A stretch of 64,000 nt of DNA, from contig NC_043022.1 in NCBI RefSeq assembly GCF_006345805.1, positions 20,088,001 through 20,152,000 on the forward strand, given 5' to 3'. Below the pieces are notes generated by a model. It was not told the DNA's origin. It saw only the letters and a list, made by a program, of their open reading frames with translations, and did not search any database. Within the stretch, counting starts at the first letter, position 1. Each line of letters begins with the position of its first letter. This document shows positions 14,035-28,700 of the stretch, one piece after another. The position numbers and the translations under genes were made by a program. The DNA comes from Octopus sinensis. Lineage: Eukaryota.

Positions 14035-15262
14035 CCCTTTTGTTACAAGGGTGGCTTTATGGTAAGAAGCTTGCTTCCTAACTATGTAGTCTTAGGTTCA
14101 GTCCCACTGTGTAGAACCTTGAGCAAGTGTCTTCTACTTTATCTCCAGGCTGACCAAAGCCTTGTGAGATGATACGGTGGATGGGAGCTAAAAGAAGCCC
14201 ATCATGTGCATATATGTGTGTGTGTTTGTCCCCAACAATGGCTTAACAACCAGTGTTGGTTTGCTTACATCCCCATAAATTAGCGTAAATTCAGCAATAG
14301 ACTGATAGAATAAGTACCAGGCTTAACCATTTATAGCATCTAAACCAGCCATATCAGGCCCAAAAATTCTACCCATTTTATGTTCAAACTAGCCAGATCA
14401 GGCACGTCATACCTACTCTACAATGCCATTCTAAGGATAGACAATCACATCATCAAAATTTCAATGCTACAAGATAATCCAAGATTAATTCAAAATAATC
14501 TGAATAAATAAGCAGTACATTTGACAAAGTAGTATAAATACTAAAGGGTTTTAAAAAATTAGGTACTGGAGTCAATCTATTCAACTAAAACCCTTCAAGG
14601 CAGTGCCCAAGCACAGTCACGCTCTAATGACCAAAATAAGAGACAGAAGATATTTCTGTGGAGATAAGGCAGCGAACTGGCAGAATTGTTAGCACACTGG
14701 GCAAAATACTTAGCGGTATTTCATCTGCCGCTACATTCTGAGTTCAAATTCCGCCGAGGTCGACTTTGCCTTTCGGGGTCGATTAAATAAGTACCAGTTA
14801 CAGACTGGGGTCGATGTAATCGACAATCTGTTTGTCCCCTCTGTGTTTAGCCCCTTGTGGGTAGTAAAGAAATAGGTGTTTTGTCTGCCACTACGTTCTG
14901 AGTTCAAATTCCACCAAGGTCGACTTTGCCTTTCATCCTTTCGGGGTCAATTAAATAAGTATCAGTTACGGACTGGGGTCAATGTAATCAACTTAATCTG
15001 TTTGTCTGTCCTTGTTTGTCCCCTCTGTGTTTAGCCCCTTGTGGGTAGTAAAGAAATAGATATTTCTGCTGAGCTTCATTAGTTTTGTTTCAATTAATTT
15101 TGAAAATAAAGAATTTACTCTGTCATTATTAAAGTTAGTGTTTTTAGAACATAGGTCAAACATTGAAAAGTTTGATGGGAAGTTTTAATTTTGATTGTTT
15201 TAAACCAGGAAGCTTACATCATAGAATTAGGAGTGGCCCTGGGTGGGATGGTAACAAAAGGG
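14035..15262. mobile_element. TTAA MITE family 2 hosting nested insertions
   Basis: Perfect 12 bp TIR CCCTTTTGTTAC (14035) / GTAACAAAAGGG (15251-15262), preceded by TTAA. Confidence 0.55.
14325..14554. mobile_element. TTAA MITE family 1 copy inside a SINE
   Basis: Flanked by TTAA on both sides, ends CTAAAGGG, and has an internal sequence homologous to 1745-2447. Confidence 0.7.
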
Positions 15263-15658
15263 CCAAAAAATAAAAGAAATTTTTTTAAAAAAGAGTATTC
15301 AATAGAGGAAATAGAATATGAATAATTTAATTTGGTTAACAAGATCAGAAATAACGCCATTTAATACAAGTAGCAACTAGTGCGGCAACTTGATTTGCTA
15401 GTCAGCTATTTAGATTGGAAAATCACGCAATAACAAATGATATGACGAGAGATACATGGCATCCAATCAAAATGGCTGACTGACAAAACATGCTACAGTA
15501 CTTGTGGAAACTTCTTGATTCAACCTTTGTTTATTTTTAGCTGACGTGTGTGTGTGTGTGTGTGTACACAGGATCTAATTGAGATGTCTTTTATTTTTTT
15601 GTTTATAAAATTTTAGCTACGAATTCACTAAGCCTATATATATGTATATATTGTGTAT

Positions 15659-16230
15659 GGAGGCACATGGCCTTGTGGTTAGAGCAGCGGACTCGCAGTC
15701 GAGGGATCGTGGGTTCGAATCTCAGACCGGGCGATGTGTATGAGCGAAACACCTAAGCTCCACGCGGCACCGGCAGAAGGTAATGGCGAACTTCTGCTGA
15801 CTCTTTCGCCACAGCTTTCTCTCGCTCTTTTCTCCTGCATCTTGCAGCTCACCTGCGACGGACCAGCGTCCCGTCCAGATGGGGAACCTATATGCCAAGG
15901 AAACCGGGGAAACCAGCCCTTAAGAGCCAGGCGTGGCTTGAGAAGGAACAACATGGCCTAGTGGTTAGAGCAGTGGACTTGTGGTTGAGGGATCGTGGGT
16001 TCGAATCTCAGACCGGGCGATGTGTGTGTTTATGAGCGAAACACCTAAGCTCCATGCGGCTCCGGCAGAAGGTAATGGCGAACTTCTGCTGACTCTTTCG
16101 CCACAACTTTCTCTTGCATCTTGCAGCTCACCTGCGGCGGACTGGCGTCCCGTCCAGATGGGGAACTTATATGCCAAGGAAACCGGGAAACCAGCTCTTA
16201 TGAGCCTGGCATGGCTCGAGAAGGAACAAA
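15659..16230 (+). mobile_element. tRNA-derived SINE family C, head-to-tail dimer
   Basis: Two copies (15659-15952, 15953-16230) with TGGCCTAGTGGTTAGAGC A-box and GGTTCGAATC B-box. Relatives at 45284-45570(+), 35790-36013(-), 30855-31090(+), 33590-33900(+) and 4720-4910(-). Confidence 0.85.
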
Positions 16231-16687
16231 CATATGTACATATATATTTTTTTCTTCTTAAACAAGAATGTTATTCACAGTGACTTCGAAGTTTCGGTCA
16301 GGTAAGCCATCATCAACAATGGATTGACAACTCAACAACAGCATAGACCAACCCATCAGATTAATGTAAAATTGTTATTATTATAACTGAACACACACAC
16401 ACACACAATATGTATGTATGTATACAGGATTGGCAATACAAACAGGAAAACAGAACTCAAAATATGAGCATATATATTTTTATATCTATTAATCATCAGG
16501 TTACAGAATGACTCAAGGGGCCGAGAGTTTCATGCATTGCTACTTGCGTTTGATAAGTGATTAACAATAAAAATAGTATATATATCATTAATGTGCGAAA
16601 TTGCGCTTGACCCTCTGGCCAATAACTGATGAGTGGTTGGTAACCTTCTGTGTCTATTTCCTATTTGTGCATTTATTATGTCTTAAG

Positions 16688-16746
<59 letters not shown>

Positions 16747-16776
16747 CATACACAATGTATATGCACACATCATGTG

Positions 16777-16814
<38 letters not shown>

Positions 16815-17360
16815 TCACTATATGTACAATGGCAGTTTCAGCTAAGGAACAACATCCCTTATTAAGGGTTAGAAATTTATTTCTCTCACTTCCACCAAAA
16901 CACCACCTACAACAACAGCCTTTTCTCTAATAACTGTTTCAGTAAGAGGAAAGACTACACCCAGTCTACTGATGTATGTGTGTGTGTGTCTTTGGAGTGA
17001 AAAAATTATAGGAAGGGGATTGGTTGGTGCCTTAGTAAGGCTAGGGGACAGTGGAGGGAGCATGATGTGTACGTTAGATTTTAGTGCAGTTTAGTATTTC
17101 AGTTTTAGAAGTGTTGCTGATCTCTGTAATTGATGGGAACACATGGGATAGAAGGAAATTCCAGAAGGGATAGATGTAGGCTTAGTTTGGCTTAGGGGGG
17201 TAGGATGGGCGCTTGTTTGTTTATTTTTCTGGCTTGGTTTTATTTTGTTTTGTTTGTTTTCTGGAAGAAGCAGATCCAATTTTCAATTTTATTGCAAAGG
17301 ATTAATTTCAGATAATCTGGCTAGGCTTCTTTTTTTTTATATTTATATAATACACATTCA

Positions 17361-17400
<40 letters not shown>

Positions 17401-18685
17401 GAGAGAGAGACAGACAGAGGCAGAGAGAGAAGGAAAGAAAGAAAGAAAAAGAAAATAGGAAAGAAAATTGAGTAAGAAAGAGAAATTGAGAAAGAAGAGA
17501 GTGAAAAAGAATAAGAGCAATAGAGAGCGACAAAGAAAAAAATGAGAGAGAGAAAGAGAGAGAAACAGACAGACAGACAGAAATACAGAGCAAAAGAAAG
17601 AGAGTGAGATAGAGAGAGAGAGAGAGATAGAAAAAGAAAAAGTGACAAAACAGAGAGTTGATTGAATAAATAACTTCAAGTTCTTTATAGCCCTCAACTT
17701 CATGAGGGTTTATTTTACTACTTTTTAAAAAATTTATTTTGTCAGACTGGTATCAAATTGAACAGGAGCAAAACAAAATAATTTTAAAAAGAAAAAAGTT
17801 TAAGGGGAGAGGGAAGAGCTTAGAGCAGAATCAGCTTAGAAATAACTACTGTATTAGGAGGAGTTCTGTGTGATGAAGACATTGAGAGATGTTGGGAGCA
17901 GACTCACAAATCAAACATTGCAGTAGTAGTAGCAGCAAAAATAAGTAGTAGTAGTAAGTAGTACTAGTAGTATTTTTTGGCATGTGGTAAGAAGCTTGTT
18001 TCCCAACCACATAGTTCTCGGTTCAGTCCCACTGTGTGGCACCTTGGAAAAGTGTCTTCTACTATGGCCTCAGGCCGACCAAAGCCTTGTGAGTGGATTT
18101 GGTAGACAGAAACTAAAAGAAGCCCATTGTAATTGTGTGTGATTTGGGGTCTGTATTTGTCTACCATCACTGCTTGACAAACGATGTTGGTGTGTTTATG
18201 TCCCTGTAACTTAGCAGTTCAACAAAAGATATGAGAGAAAAAGTACCAGGTTTCGAAACAAAAACAAAAAAAATAATGAATACTAGGGTCAATTCAAACA
18301 ACTAAAAGTTCTTCAAGGCAGTACTCCAGTATGGCCACAGCCTAATGACTGAAACAAGTGAAAGGTAAAAGATGCAAGTCAAATTTTTCAGACCAAAATT
18401 TACAGTCAAACAAAAAGGTCGGTCAATTTATACATCAAATAATAACTTAGTCAGTTTCCAGAGACTAATAAAATTCAGTACTTGGCCAGAACAAGCACTG
18501 CGCTCAAAATGATAGACAAAAAAAAACCTTGAAGGTCATATCCCAGCAAAACTACAGTTCATAGGTTGAAACCAATAAAAGAAAACATACAAATATATAC
18601 AAATTCATTATACATACAAGTGGCGTATGCAGACTTGGTTATGTGGTTAAGTTTACTTTCCAACCACATAATTTCAGGTTTAATC

Positions 18686-18719
<34 letters not shown>

Positions 18720-19603
18720 CTAGCTGACGTGCCTGGTAATTCCCAGAAAGCTGGGCTTATCCCTTGGTTCCGTTCTCATAATTGTTTCGCTAATCCAACA
18801 ACAAAAATACAAAGTATGTAGCCCTTAAAACGGTTTTTGTGCATTTACAGAGAATACCCAACTGTCTTACACAGGATCTTGTTTTTAGGAATTCCCAATA
18901 AGTTATGAATACCCAAATTGTGAAGTCAGTTATGTAATAACATGAAATTAGTTACCCGATAGTAAGAATTTAAATAAAGTAGCCCCGAAAAGGGCTTCAA
19001 CGCATTCCCAGAGTATATAGAACATAGGAGGAAATACTAAGGTATGTATACTAAAATAATAACAGGCTAATCAGATATGAGATAATAACAATTCAAAATA
19101 AATAACTCTGAAAAGGGCTTTTGTGTGTTCTCAGAGAATATTGCCCTCAGGGGCACTAGTGTTGGTATATTCATGAATAAGTCACAAACTGAAATAAGTG
19201 AATCTATTGTTTAGGAAAATACTATTTACTTGTTTAAGAGTTGTACTGGATAAATTGCGAAAATAACTAACAGTTCAAATACTAAGAAATAAGAATACTC
19301 AATTTCATTTTTACCAAATAATTTAGGAAAATATTTCCCTTGGCTTTATATAAGGATCCCTTCCAGGGGAGAATGGGTTATTTCTCTTGGTTTTTAAAAT
19401 GAAATATATTAGATATATATAAGGATCCCTTCCAGGGGGCCTATTATCAATTTTTTCAACAATCTGAGTATGCCAAGAGGTTTCCAGATACGAGTTCTAC
19501 TCACGTGTCACGTTTCATCAAAATCAATAAAATGATGTAGGAGGAGTTAGCTAACAACTCCACAAACACATCCACAGACAGAATTTCCCACATATGTAGT
19601 AGA
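18720..19603 (-). mobile_element. Non-autonomous Helitron, apparently complete
   Basis: The minus strand begins TC (19603-19602) and ends CTAG (18723-18720), inserted between A and T. A subterminal CTGG-gaatta-CCAG hairpin lies ~12 nt before the CTAG. Homologous to sequence flanking the Helitron helicase at 50.3-52.6 kb. Confidence 0.8.
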
Positions 19604-20128
19604 TATATATTTGTGTGGTAAGAAGCTTACTTCCCAAACCCATTGTCCCATATTTGGTCCCACTGTATGACACCTTGGGCAAGCATCTTCTACTATACCC
19701 TTAGCCCAATCAAAGCCTTATGAGTGGAATTGGTAGACGGAAACTGAAAGAAGCTCGCCATATAAATGTGTGTGTGTATGTGTGTGTTTGTCAGCCACCA
19801 CTACTTGATAACCGCTGTTGATTTGTTTACATCTCTGTAACTTAACAGTTCAGCAAAACCAATCGATAGAATAAGTACCAGGCTTATGATGAAAAAAAAT
19901 AAGTACTGGGATCAATTCAAGATGTATCTTCTATCTTTTACTTGTTTCAGTCATTAGACTGTGGCCATGCTGGGGCACCACCTTGAAGAATTTTTAGTCA
20001 AATGAATCGACACCAGTACTTATGATTTTAAGAAGAGTGCTATAGCTTGCATGAAGCATTCTGATATAGAAATAGAATAACAAACAAAAAGAAAAGAGAG
20101 CTTCTTACAATGCAAAGAGGAATTTTGA

Positions 20129-20176
20129 GCAACCTTTATATATTTCGAGCACAATGGCCCGTCATCAGAAGAATGC
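20129..20176 (-). ncRNA. Minimal type-I hammerhead-ribozyme-like motif
   Basis: Minus strand reads GCATTCTT-CTGATGA-c-GGGCcattgtGCTC-GAAA-TATA-TA-AAGGTTGC: stem I 7/8 paired, palindromic stem III (ATATAT) and one extra nucleotide after A9. Confidence 0.5.
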
Positions 20177-20369
20177 AGTTAAGAAATGTGAGTTTATGTA
20201 GATGCTGACAGTCAGCTGGTCAAATGAGCAGTGGACATCACTTTGTCCAACAAATGTAATAGCAGCAGTCACTGCCCATTCAGCTATCTATGTGATAAAA
20301 GCAGTATGCAGATATAAGGGTGTATGTGTGTGTGTCAGTGTGTCTATGTATGTATGTGTACACATATGT

Positions 20370-20587
20370 ATATATATTATATATATATATATATATATAA
20401 TATATTATATATATATATATATATAACACACATGCGCATGTGCACAAAGGCTATCAAGATGATGTTGACATCATGTGATAAGGATCAGTATTGAGTCGAA
20501 AATGTTAAGAAAAGGTGCAAGTTCATGCATGTGAGTATACAATTGCCTGTATATTGTGTGCTGGTGCATATAAATGCATATATATAA

Positions 20588-20621
<34 letters not shown>

Positions 20622-20808
20622 AGATAGATAGATATATATATATATATTAGATAGATAGATAATATTATATATATAGACATATATATAATATATAGATATA
20701 TATATAGATATAGATAGATAGATATATATATATATAAGATAGATAGATAGATATATATATATAGACATATATATATATATATAGATATATATATATATAG
20801 ATAGATAG

Positions 20809-20845
<37 letters not shown>

Positions 20846-20941
20846 GATATATGTATATAATATATATATATATATATATATAATATGATATATATAGATA
20901 GATAGATATATATATATATATATAGAGAATATATATATATA

Positions 20942-21005
<64 letters not shown>

Positions 21006-21314
21006 TATTATATATATAGATATATATATATATATATAGATAGATGATATATATATTATATATATAGATATATATAGATATATGTATATATATATATTAA
21101 TATATATATATGTATATATATAATATTATATATATATATATTATGTATATAATATATATAATATATATATATTATATATGTAATATATATATATATAGAT
21201 ATATATATATATATATATTATATAGATATATATATATATATATATATATAGATATAGATATATATATATCATGATATATATAGATATATAGATATTAGAT
21301 ATAAAGATATATAT

Positions 21315-21386
<72 letters not shown>

Positions 21387-21415
21387 TATAGATAGATAGA
21401 TATAGATAGATATGT
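20370..21415. repeat. ~1 kb degenerate (TA)n/(TAGA)n microsatellite tract
   Basis: Directly visible. Confidence 0.95.
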
Positions 21416-21521
21416 TCAATTAGAACGCAAACTGTGTCTAAATAATCTTGTTAGTTAGATGGAAAGAGTGAACCTGGGATGTTCCTGTGAATTTTATCTA
21501 AGATAACTGTGAATTGAGATA

Positions 21522-24500
21522 ATGTGCACACATCACCAGTGCTTTTTATGTGACACCAGCACCAGTGCTTTTTATGTAGCACCATCACCAGTGCTTTTTA
21601 TGTGACACCAGCACCAGTGCTTTTTATGTAGCACCATCACCAGTGCTTTTTATGTGACACCATCACCAGTGCTTTTTATGTGGCACCATCACCAGTGCTT
21701 TTTATGTGGCACCATCACCAGTGCTTTTTATGTAGCACCATCACCAGTGCTTTTTATGTAGCACCATCACCAGTGCTTTTTATGTGACACCAGCACCAGT
21801 GCTTTTTATGTGACACCAGCACCAGTGCTTTTTATGTGACACCAGCACCAGTGCTTTTTATGTGACACCATCACCAGTGCTTTTTATGTGGCACCATCAC
21901 CAGTGCTTTTTTATGTGGCACCATCACCAGTGCTTTTTTATGTGGCACCATCACCAGTGCTTTTTATGTGGCACCAGCACCAGTGCTTTTTTATGTGGCA
22001 CCATCACCAGTGCTTTTTATGTGGCACCATCACCAGTGCTTTTTATGTGGCACCATCACCAGTGCTTTTTTATGTGGCACCATCACCAGTGCTTTTTTAT
22101 GTGGCACCATCACCAGTGCTTTTTATGTGGCACCAGCACCAGTGCTTTTTATGTGGCACCATCACCAGTGCTTTTTATGTGGCACCAGCACCAGTGCTTT
22201 TTTATGTGGCACCATCACCAGTGCTTTTTATGTGGCACCATCACCAGTGCTTTTTTATGTGGCACCATCACCAGTGCTTTTTATGTGGCACCAGCACCAG
22301 TGCTTTTTATGTAGCACCATCACCAGTGCTTTTTTATGTGGCACCATCACCAGTGCTTTTTTATGTGGCACCATCACCAGTGCTTTTTATGTGGCACCAA
22401 CACCAGCGCTTTTATGTGGCACCATCACCATCGCTTTTTATGTGGCACCAGCACCAGTGCTTTTTATGTGGCACCAGCACCAGTGCTTTTTATGTGGCAC
22501 CAGCACCAGTGATTTTTATGTGGCACCAGTGCTTTTTATGTGACACCAGCACTTTTATGTGACACCAGCACCAGTGATTTTTATGTGGCACCAGTGCTTT
22601 TTATGTGGCACCAGCACTTTTTATGTGACACCAGCACCAGTGATTTTTATGTAGCACCAGCACCAGTGATTTTTATGTGAAAACCAGCACCAGTGATTTT
22701 TATGTGGCACCAGTGCTTTTTATGTGACACCAGCACTTTTATGTGACACCAGCACCAGTGCTTTATGGCACCAGCACCAGTGCTTTTTATGTGACACCAG
22801 CACCAGTGCTTTTTTATTGGCACCAGCACCATCGCTTTTTATGTGGCACCAGCACTTTTATGTGACACCAGCACCAGCGCTTTTATGTGGCACCATCACA
22901 TGATTTTATGTGGCACCAGCATTTTATGTGACACCAGCACCAGCGCTTTTATGTGGCACCAGCACTTTTTATGTGACACCAGCACCAGCGCTTTTATGTG
23001 GCACCATCACCATCGCTTTTTATGTGGCACCAGCACTTTTTATGTGACACCAGCACCAGCGCTTTTATGTGGCACCAGCACTTTTTATGTGACACCAGCA
23101 CCAGCGCTTTTATGTGGCACCAGCACTTTTTATGTGACACCAGCACCATCGCTTTTTATGTGGCACCAGCACCAGCGCTTTTTATGTGACACCAGCACCA
23201 TCGCTTTTTATGTGACACCAGCACCAGCGCTTTTATGTGGCACCAGCACTTTTTATGTGACACCAGCGCTTTTATGTGGCACCAGCACTTTTTATGTGAC
23301 ACCAGCACCATCGCTTTTTATGTGGCACCAGCACTTTTTATGTGACACCAGCACCAGCGCTTTTATGTGGCACCATCACCATCGCTTTTTATGTGGCACC
23401 AGCACCAGTGCTTTTTATGTGGCACCAGCACCAGTGCTTTTTATGTGGCACCAGCACCAGTGCTTTTTATGTGGCACACCAGCACTTTTTATGTGACACA
23501 GCACCAGCGCTTTAATGTGGCACCAAGCACTTTTTATGTGACACCAGCACCAGCGCTTTTATGTGGCACCATCACCATCGCTTTTTTGTGGCACCGCACA
23601 GTGCTTTTTATGAGGCACCAGCACCAGTGCTTTTTATGTGGCACCAGCACCAGTGCTTTTTATGTGGCACCAGCACCAGTGCTTTTTATGTGGCACCAGC
23701 ACCAGTGCTTTTATGTGGCACCAGCACCAGTGCTTTTATGGTGGCACCAGCACCAGTGCTTTTTATGTGGCACCAGCACCAGTGCTTTTTATGTGACACC
23801 AGCACCAGTGCTTTTTATGTGGCACCAGCACCAGTGCTTTTTATGTGGCACCATCACCAGTGCTTTTTATGTGGCACCAGCACCAGTGCTTTTTATGTGG
23901 CACCAGCACCAGTGCTTTTTATGTGGCACCAGCACCAGTGCTTTTTATGTAGCACCAGCACCAGTGCTTTTTATGTAGCACCAGTGCTTTTTATGTGGCA
24001 CCAGCACCATTGCTTTTTATGTGGCACCAGCACCAGCGCTTTTATGTGGCACCATCACCATCGCTTTTTATGTGGCACCAGCACTTTTTATGTGACACCA
24101 GCACCAGTGATTTTTATGTAGCACCAGCACCAGTGCTTTTTATGTGGCACCAGCACCAGTGCTTTTTATGTAGCACCAGTGCTTTTTATGTGACACCAGC
24201 ACCAGTGCTTTTTATGTGGCACCAGCACCAGTGCTTTTTATGTGGCACCAGCACCAGTGCTTCTTATGTGGCACCAGCACCAGTGCTTTTTATGTGGCAC
24301 CAGCACCAGCGCTTTTATGTGGCACCATCACCATCGCTTTTTATGTGGCACCAGCACTTTTTATGTGACACCAGCACCAGTGATTTTTATGTAGCACCAG
24401 CACCAGTGCTTTTTATGTGGCACCAGCACCAGTGCTTTTTATGTAGCACCAGTGCTTTTTATGTGACACCAGCACCAGTGCTTTTTATGTGGCACCAGCA

Positions 24501-24992
24501 CCAGTGCTTTTTATGTGGCACCAGCACCAGTGCTTTTTATGTGGCACCAGCACCAGTGCTTTTTATGTGGCACCAGCACCAGTGCTTTTTATGTGGCACC
24601 AGCACCAGTGCTTTTTATGTAGCACCAGTGCTTTTTATGTGGCACCAGCACCAGTGCTTTTTATGTGGCACCATCACCAGTGCTTTTTATGTGGCACCAG
24701 CACCAGTGCTTTTTATGTGGCACCAGCACCAGTGCTTTTTATGTGGCACCAGCACCAGTGCTTTTTATGTGGCACCAGCACCAGTGCTTTTTATGTAGCA
24801 CCAGCAACAGTGCTTTTTATGTAGCACCAGTGCTTTTTATGTGGCACCAGCACCAGCGCTTTTATGTGGCACCATCACCATCGCTTTTTATGTGGCACCA
24901 GCACTTTTATGTGACACCAGCACCAGTGATTTTTATACGTGACACCAGTATTTTTTATGTGGCACCAGCACCCAACCAATGCCTTTTATGTG
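21522..24992. repeat. ~3.5 kb minisatellite, 26 bp unit GTGGCACCAGCACCAGTGCTTTTTAT with 20-27 bp variants
   Basis: Directly visible tandem array. It explains the repetitive ORFs 21862-25066. Confidence 0.98.
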
Positions 24993-25693
24993 GTTCCTTG
25001 GTTGTAGGATCTAAGTTGTATTGTAGTGGGCAGGTCATGTGCATGAGTATATGTTTGTTGTCTTGACAACATGTAATAGTTGTAAACACATAACACTGTC
25101 ATACTTGCTTGGAAACAGGCGAGGTTGATGAGAGGAAGGTCACCTAGTCATAGAAAATTTGCCCAATTCACATCATCCAATGTGCGCAAGCATGGAAAAA
25201 TACATGCTAAAATGATGATGATTATGATTATGATGATAACTGTGGAATGATCTTTTCACAAATAGCAACAAACAAAGGCAGCTTCAAGTTGTTGCTCCAT
25301 ACCGGTACAAGGAGGACCATGTTTGCAATTCTACTTAGAAATTGTTCTAGTTAATGCATTCAAGTTTGTTTAGTGCTCTCATTTTATTTCACAGTTAACG
25401 TATTTATATATATTTTCTCAGTCATGCAATATCTCAAGGGATTGGAATTTTATAGTTTTTGTCTTCCTCGTTACCTTCCTAACGAGGTAATATTTCCTCC
25501 ATAGCCAGACATGTTTTTGAAGGCATCGGAAATAAATAACAACAGTTGTATGACAGAAATACTCATTTATAGCCATCAAGGAGATATGAACATATACTCA
25601 CCTACCCCGTCACATACACACCAACATTTATATATATATATATATAAGAGTAAATAAATGGTACAACGAAGCATTACTATTTTCATTATATAT

Positions 25694-25694
<1 letters not shown>

Positions 25695-25732
<38 letters not shown>

Positions 25733-28700
25733 GTTTAACGTCCGCTTTCCGCGCTAGCACGGGTTGGACGGTTTGACCGGGTCTGGGAAGCCAGGGGCCG
25801 CTCCAGGCTCCAGTCTGAATCTGGCAGAGTTTCTACGGCTGGATGCCCTTCCTAACGCCAACCACTCCGTGAGTGGATTGGGTGCTTTTTACGTGCCACC
25901 TGCACAGGGGCCGGAGGGTCCGGCATCGTCACGATCGGATTCGAGCATTTTAACGTGTCAGCGGCACGGGGGCAACGAGGTCCGGGGTACTTTGGGGATT
26001 GGGGTATTTTGGGGATCCAGGGTACTTGGGGGATCCGGGGTACCTGGGATCGGGGTACTTAGAATGGGTAGGGGGGTACTTAGAATGGGTAGGGGGGTAC
26101 TTAGAATGGGTAGGGGGTATGTGGAATTGCTGCAGAAAGCAGCCCGGGTCTTTGTAGTCACAGCATATCTCCAGAGATCTCGGTCCTTCGCCATTGCCTC
26201 AGTGAGGCCCAATGCTCTGAGGTCATGCTTGACCACCTCATCCCATGTCTTCCTGGGTCTACCTCTCCCCCTGATACCTTCAACTGTTGGGAGTGGCACT
26301 TCTTCACACATCTCTCTTCATCCATCCGCAGCACATGACCATACCATCGCAAGCGTCGCTCTTGCACACCACATCTGATGCTTCTTATATCCAGCATTTC
26401 TCTCAGGATACTTACACTCTGTTTTGCGTGCACACTGACACTACACATCCAGCGGATCATGCTAGCTTCATTTCTTTCAAGTCTACGCATGTCTTCTGCA
26501 GTCACAGCCCATGTTTCATTACCGTGAAGCATGGCAGTTCGCACACATGCATCATATAATCTACCTTTTGCTCTGAGGGAGAGGCCTTTTGTTGCCAGTA
26601 GGGGTAGGAGCTTTCTGAACTTTGCCAGGCTATTCGTATTCTAGTGGTGATACTCTCTGTGCATCCACCTCCGCTACTAACTTGGTCTCCCAGGTAGCGG
26701 AAACTATCAACTACTTCTAGTTTCTCTCCCCGAGTGTGATGGAATCTGTTTTCTGAGTGTCTGTTGTGTCTATTGTCCCTGTGCATCTGCCGCACATGAA
26801 AGCTATCTTATCTGTTAATTTCCCTTTAATGTTGCTGCACCTCTTATGTGTCCATAACTTACATTGGGTGCATCTTATGGAGTTTCTACCTGTACCTTTC
26901 CTACAGGTTGAGCAGGGCCACCTACCCGAGGGGATGTGTGTTGAGTACCTCTTGCTGCTTACTAATACTTTGGTCTTTGCTACATTTATTCTAAGGCCCT
27001 TGATTCCACCCTTGCTTCCATACCCGAAATTTCTCTTCTAGTTCCGGTAGTGATTCTGCTATGAGAGCTAGGTCATCGGCATAGAGGAGCTCCCAGGGGC
27101 ATCCCGTTTTGAATTCCTCTGTTATTGCTTGAGTACTATGATGAACAAAAGGGGACTGAGGGCTGAGCCCTGGTGCACACCTACTTCTACTCGGAATTCT
27201 TCACTATATTCGTTGCCAATCCTAACCTTGCTAACAGCCTCTCTGTATAGAGCCTGTACAGCCCTTATTAGCCATTCTTCAATCTCCAGTTTCCGCATCG
27301 ACCACCAGATAAGGGAACGGGAACCCTGTCAAAGGCTTTCTCCAAGTCTACAAAAGCTATGTAGAGGGGTTTATCTTTAGCTAGGTACTTCTCCTGCAGT
27401 TGTCGGACCAGGAATATAGCATCAGTGGTGCTTCTACCTGGTACAAAACCGAACTGCATTTCATCTAAACAAATTCTCTCCCTAATGAGATTGGTTATGA
27501 CCTTCTCTGAGACCTTCATCACCTGGTCCAACAGTTTGATACCTCTGTAGTTATTTCTATCTAGAGCATCACCCTTACCCTTGTAGCAGTTGACTATGGT
27601 ACTGCTGCACCAGTCATTGGGTATGGCTCCATTGTGAACTACCTGGTTTACAATGCGGGTGACTATGGCATGGCCCACATAGCCAGCTGTTTTAAGCATC
27701 TCAGCAGTGATTCCTGATAGGCCAGGGCTTTGCCTGGTTTCATATCCTTAATTGCCTTATCTACACGGAGCTGTCTATTCGGGTAGCTGTGGTCCCTCTA
27801 CTGGGTCAACATTTGGCAGGCTCTCCTCCTCCCATTCATTCTCCTCATTTAGCAGTCTTTCATAATGGCTTCTCCAAGCCTCTTTCTTTTCACTAGTAGT
27901 AAAAGCAAGTGCCCCATCATCCATGCGGACACATTTCTCTCCTATAACATCGCTATTTTCTCTGACACACTGTCTGGCAATCCGAAATACTTCAGCTCTT
28001 TGATCCTCGCGACGCTGGACATTGGCAAACTTCTTCTTTTCTGCTACATCTTTGGCAATGTATACCTGCCGCCCAGCCTCCCTTTTGGCTATCTGGTACA
28101 GTTCCCTGCTGCCCCCCTCCTTCCAGGCTTTCCAGGCTCGTCTCTTTTCACAGATGGCTTTATCTACTGCACTATTCCACCACCACGTAATTCTAGGTCT
28201 GGAAGGGACTTTGCACCATCCACAAACTTGGTCTGTGGCACTCAACAAGCTGTCCCGTAGGAATTCCCAGCTACCTTCTATGTCTGACATCTGAAGCTCC
28301 TCTTCCCTCTCATCAAATTTCTTGATGAGTATGTCCCTAAATTTCTGACCATGCGAAGGGTTCTTTAGCCTCCAAATCCTTCTTTTCTGGATTGGTTTGT
28401 TTCTTGGAGTCCTTCTGGCCTCAAGCTTAAAGTCACTGATGATTAGTCTATGCTGAGGGATACATTCTTCACCCGGGAGGGACTTTGTATTCAAGAGCAA
28501 CCCTGCATCCCGTTGTCTGGTGAGGATGAAGTCTATTTGGCTAGCGGAGTCTCCTGACTGATAAGTTATAAGGTGGCAGACTGGCTTCTTGAAGTTAGTG
28601 TTGCAGATTGAAAGGTTACATGCATCACAGAATTCCAGTAGTCTAGTTCCCTCATCGTTCCTGGTGCCAATACCATATCCACCATGTACCCCAGTGAAGA

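Noticed and set aside
15659-15735. tRNA-like sequences (also 45284-45355 and other SINE heads)
   Set aside because: A/B boxes continue into SINE bodies found in many copies; they are not standalone tRNA genes.
20471-21419. YI-repeat ORFs (also 45853-46341, 52495-52879, 53591-53980)
   Set aside because: (TA)n and (TACA)n microsatellite translations.
21862-25066. Long repetitive ORFs (MWHQHQCFLCGTSTSAFYVAPAPVLF...) and a superficially CRISPR-like periodicity
   Set aside because: Pure tandem minisatellite with no unique spacers. Unit lengths are mostly not multiples of 3, the context is eukaryotic, and there are no cas genes.
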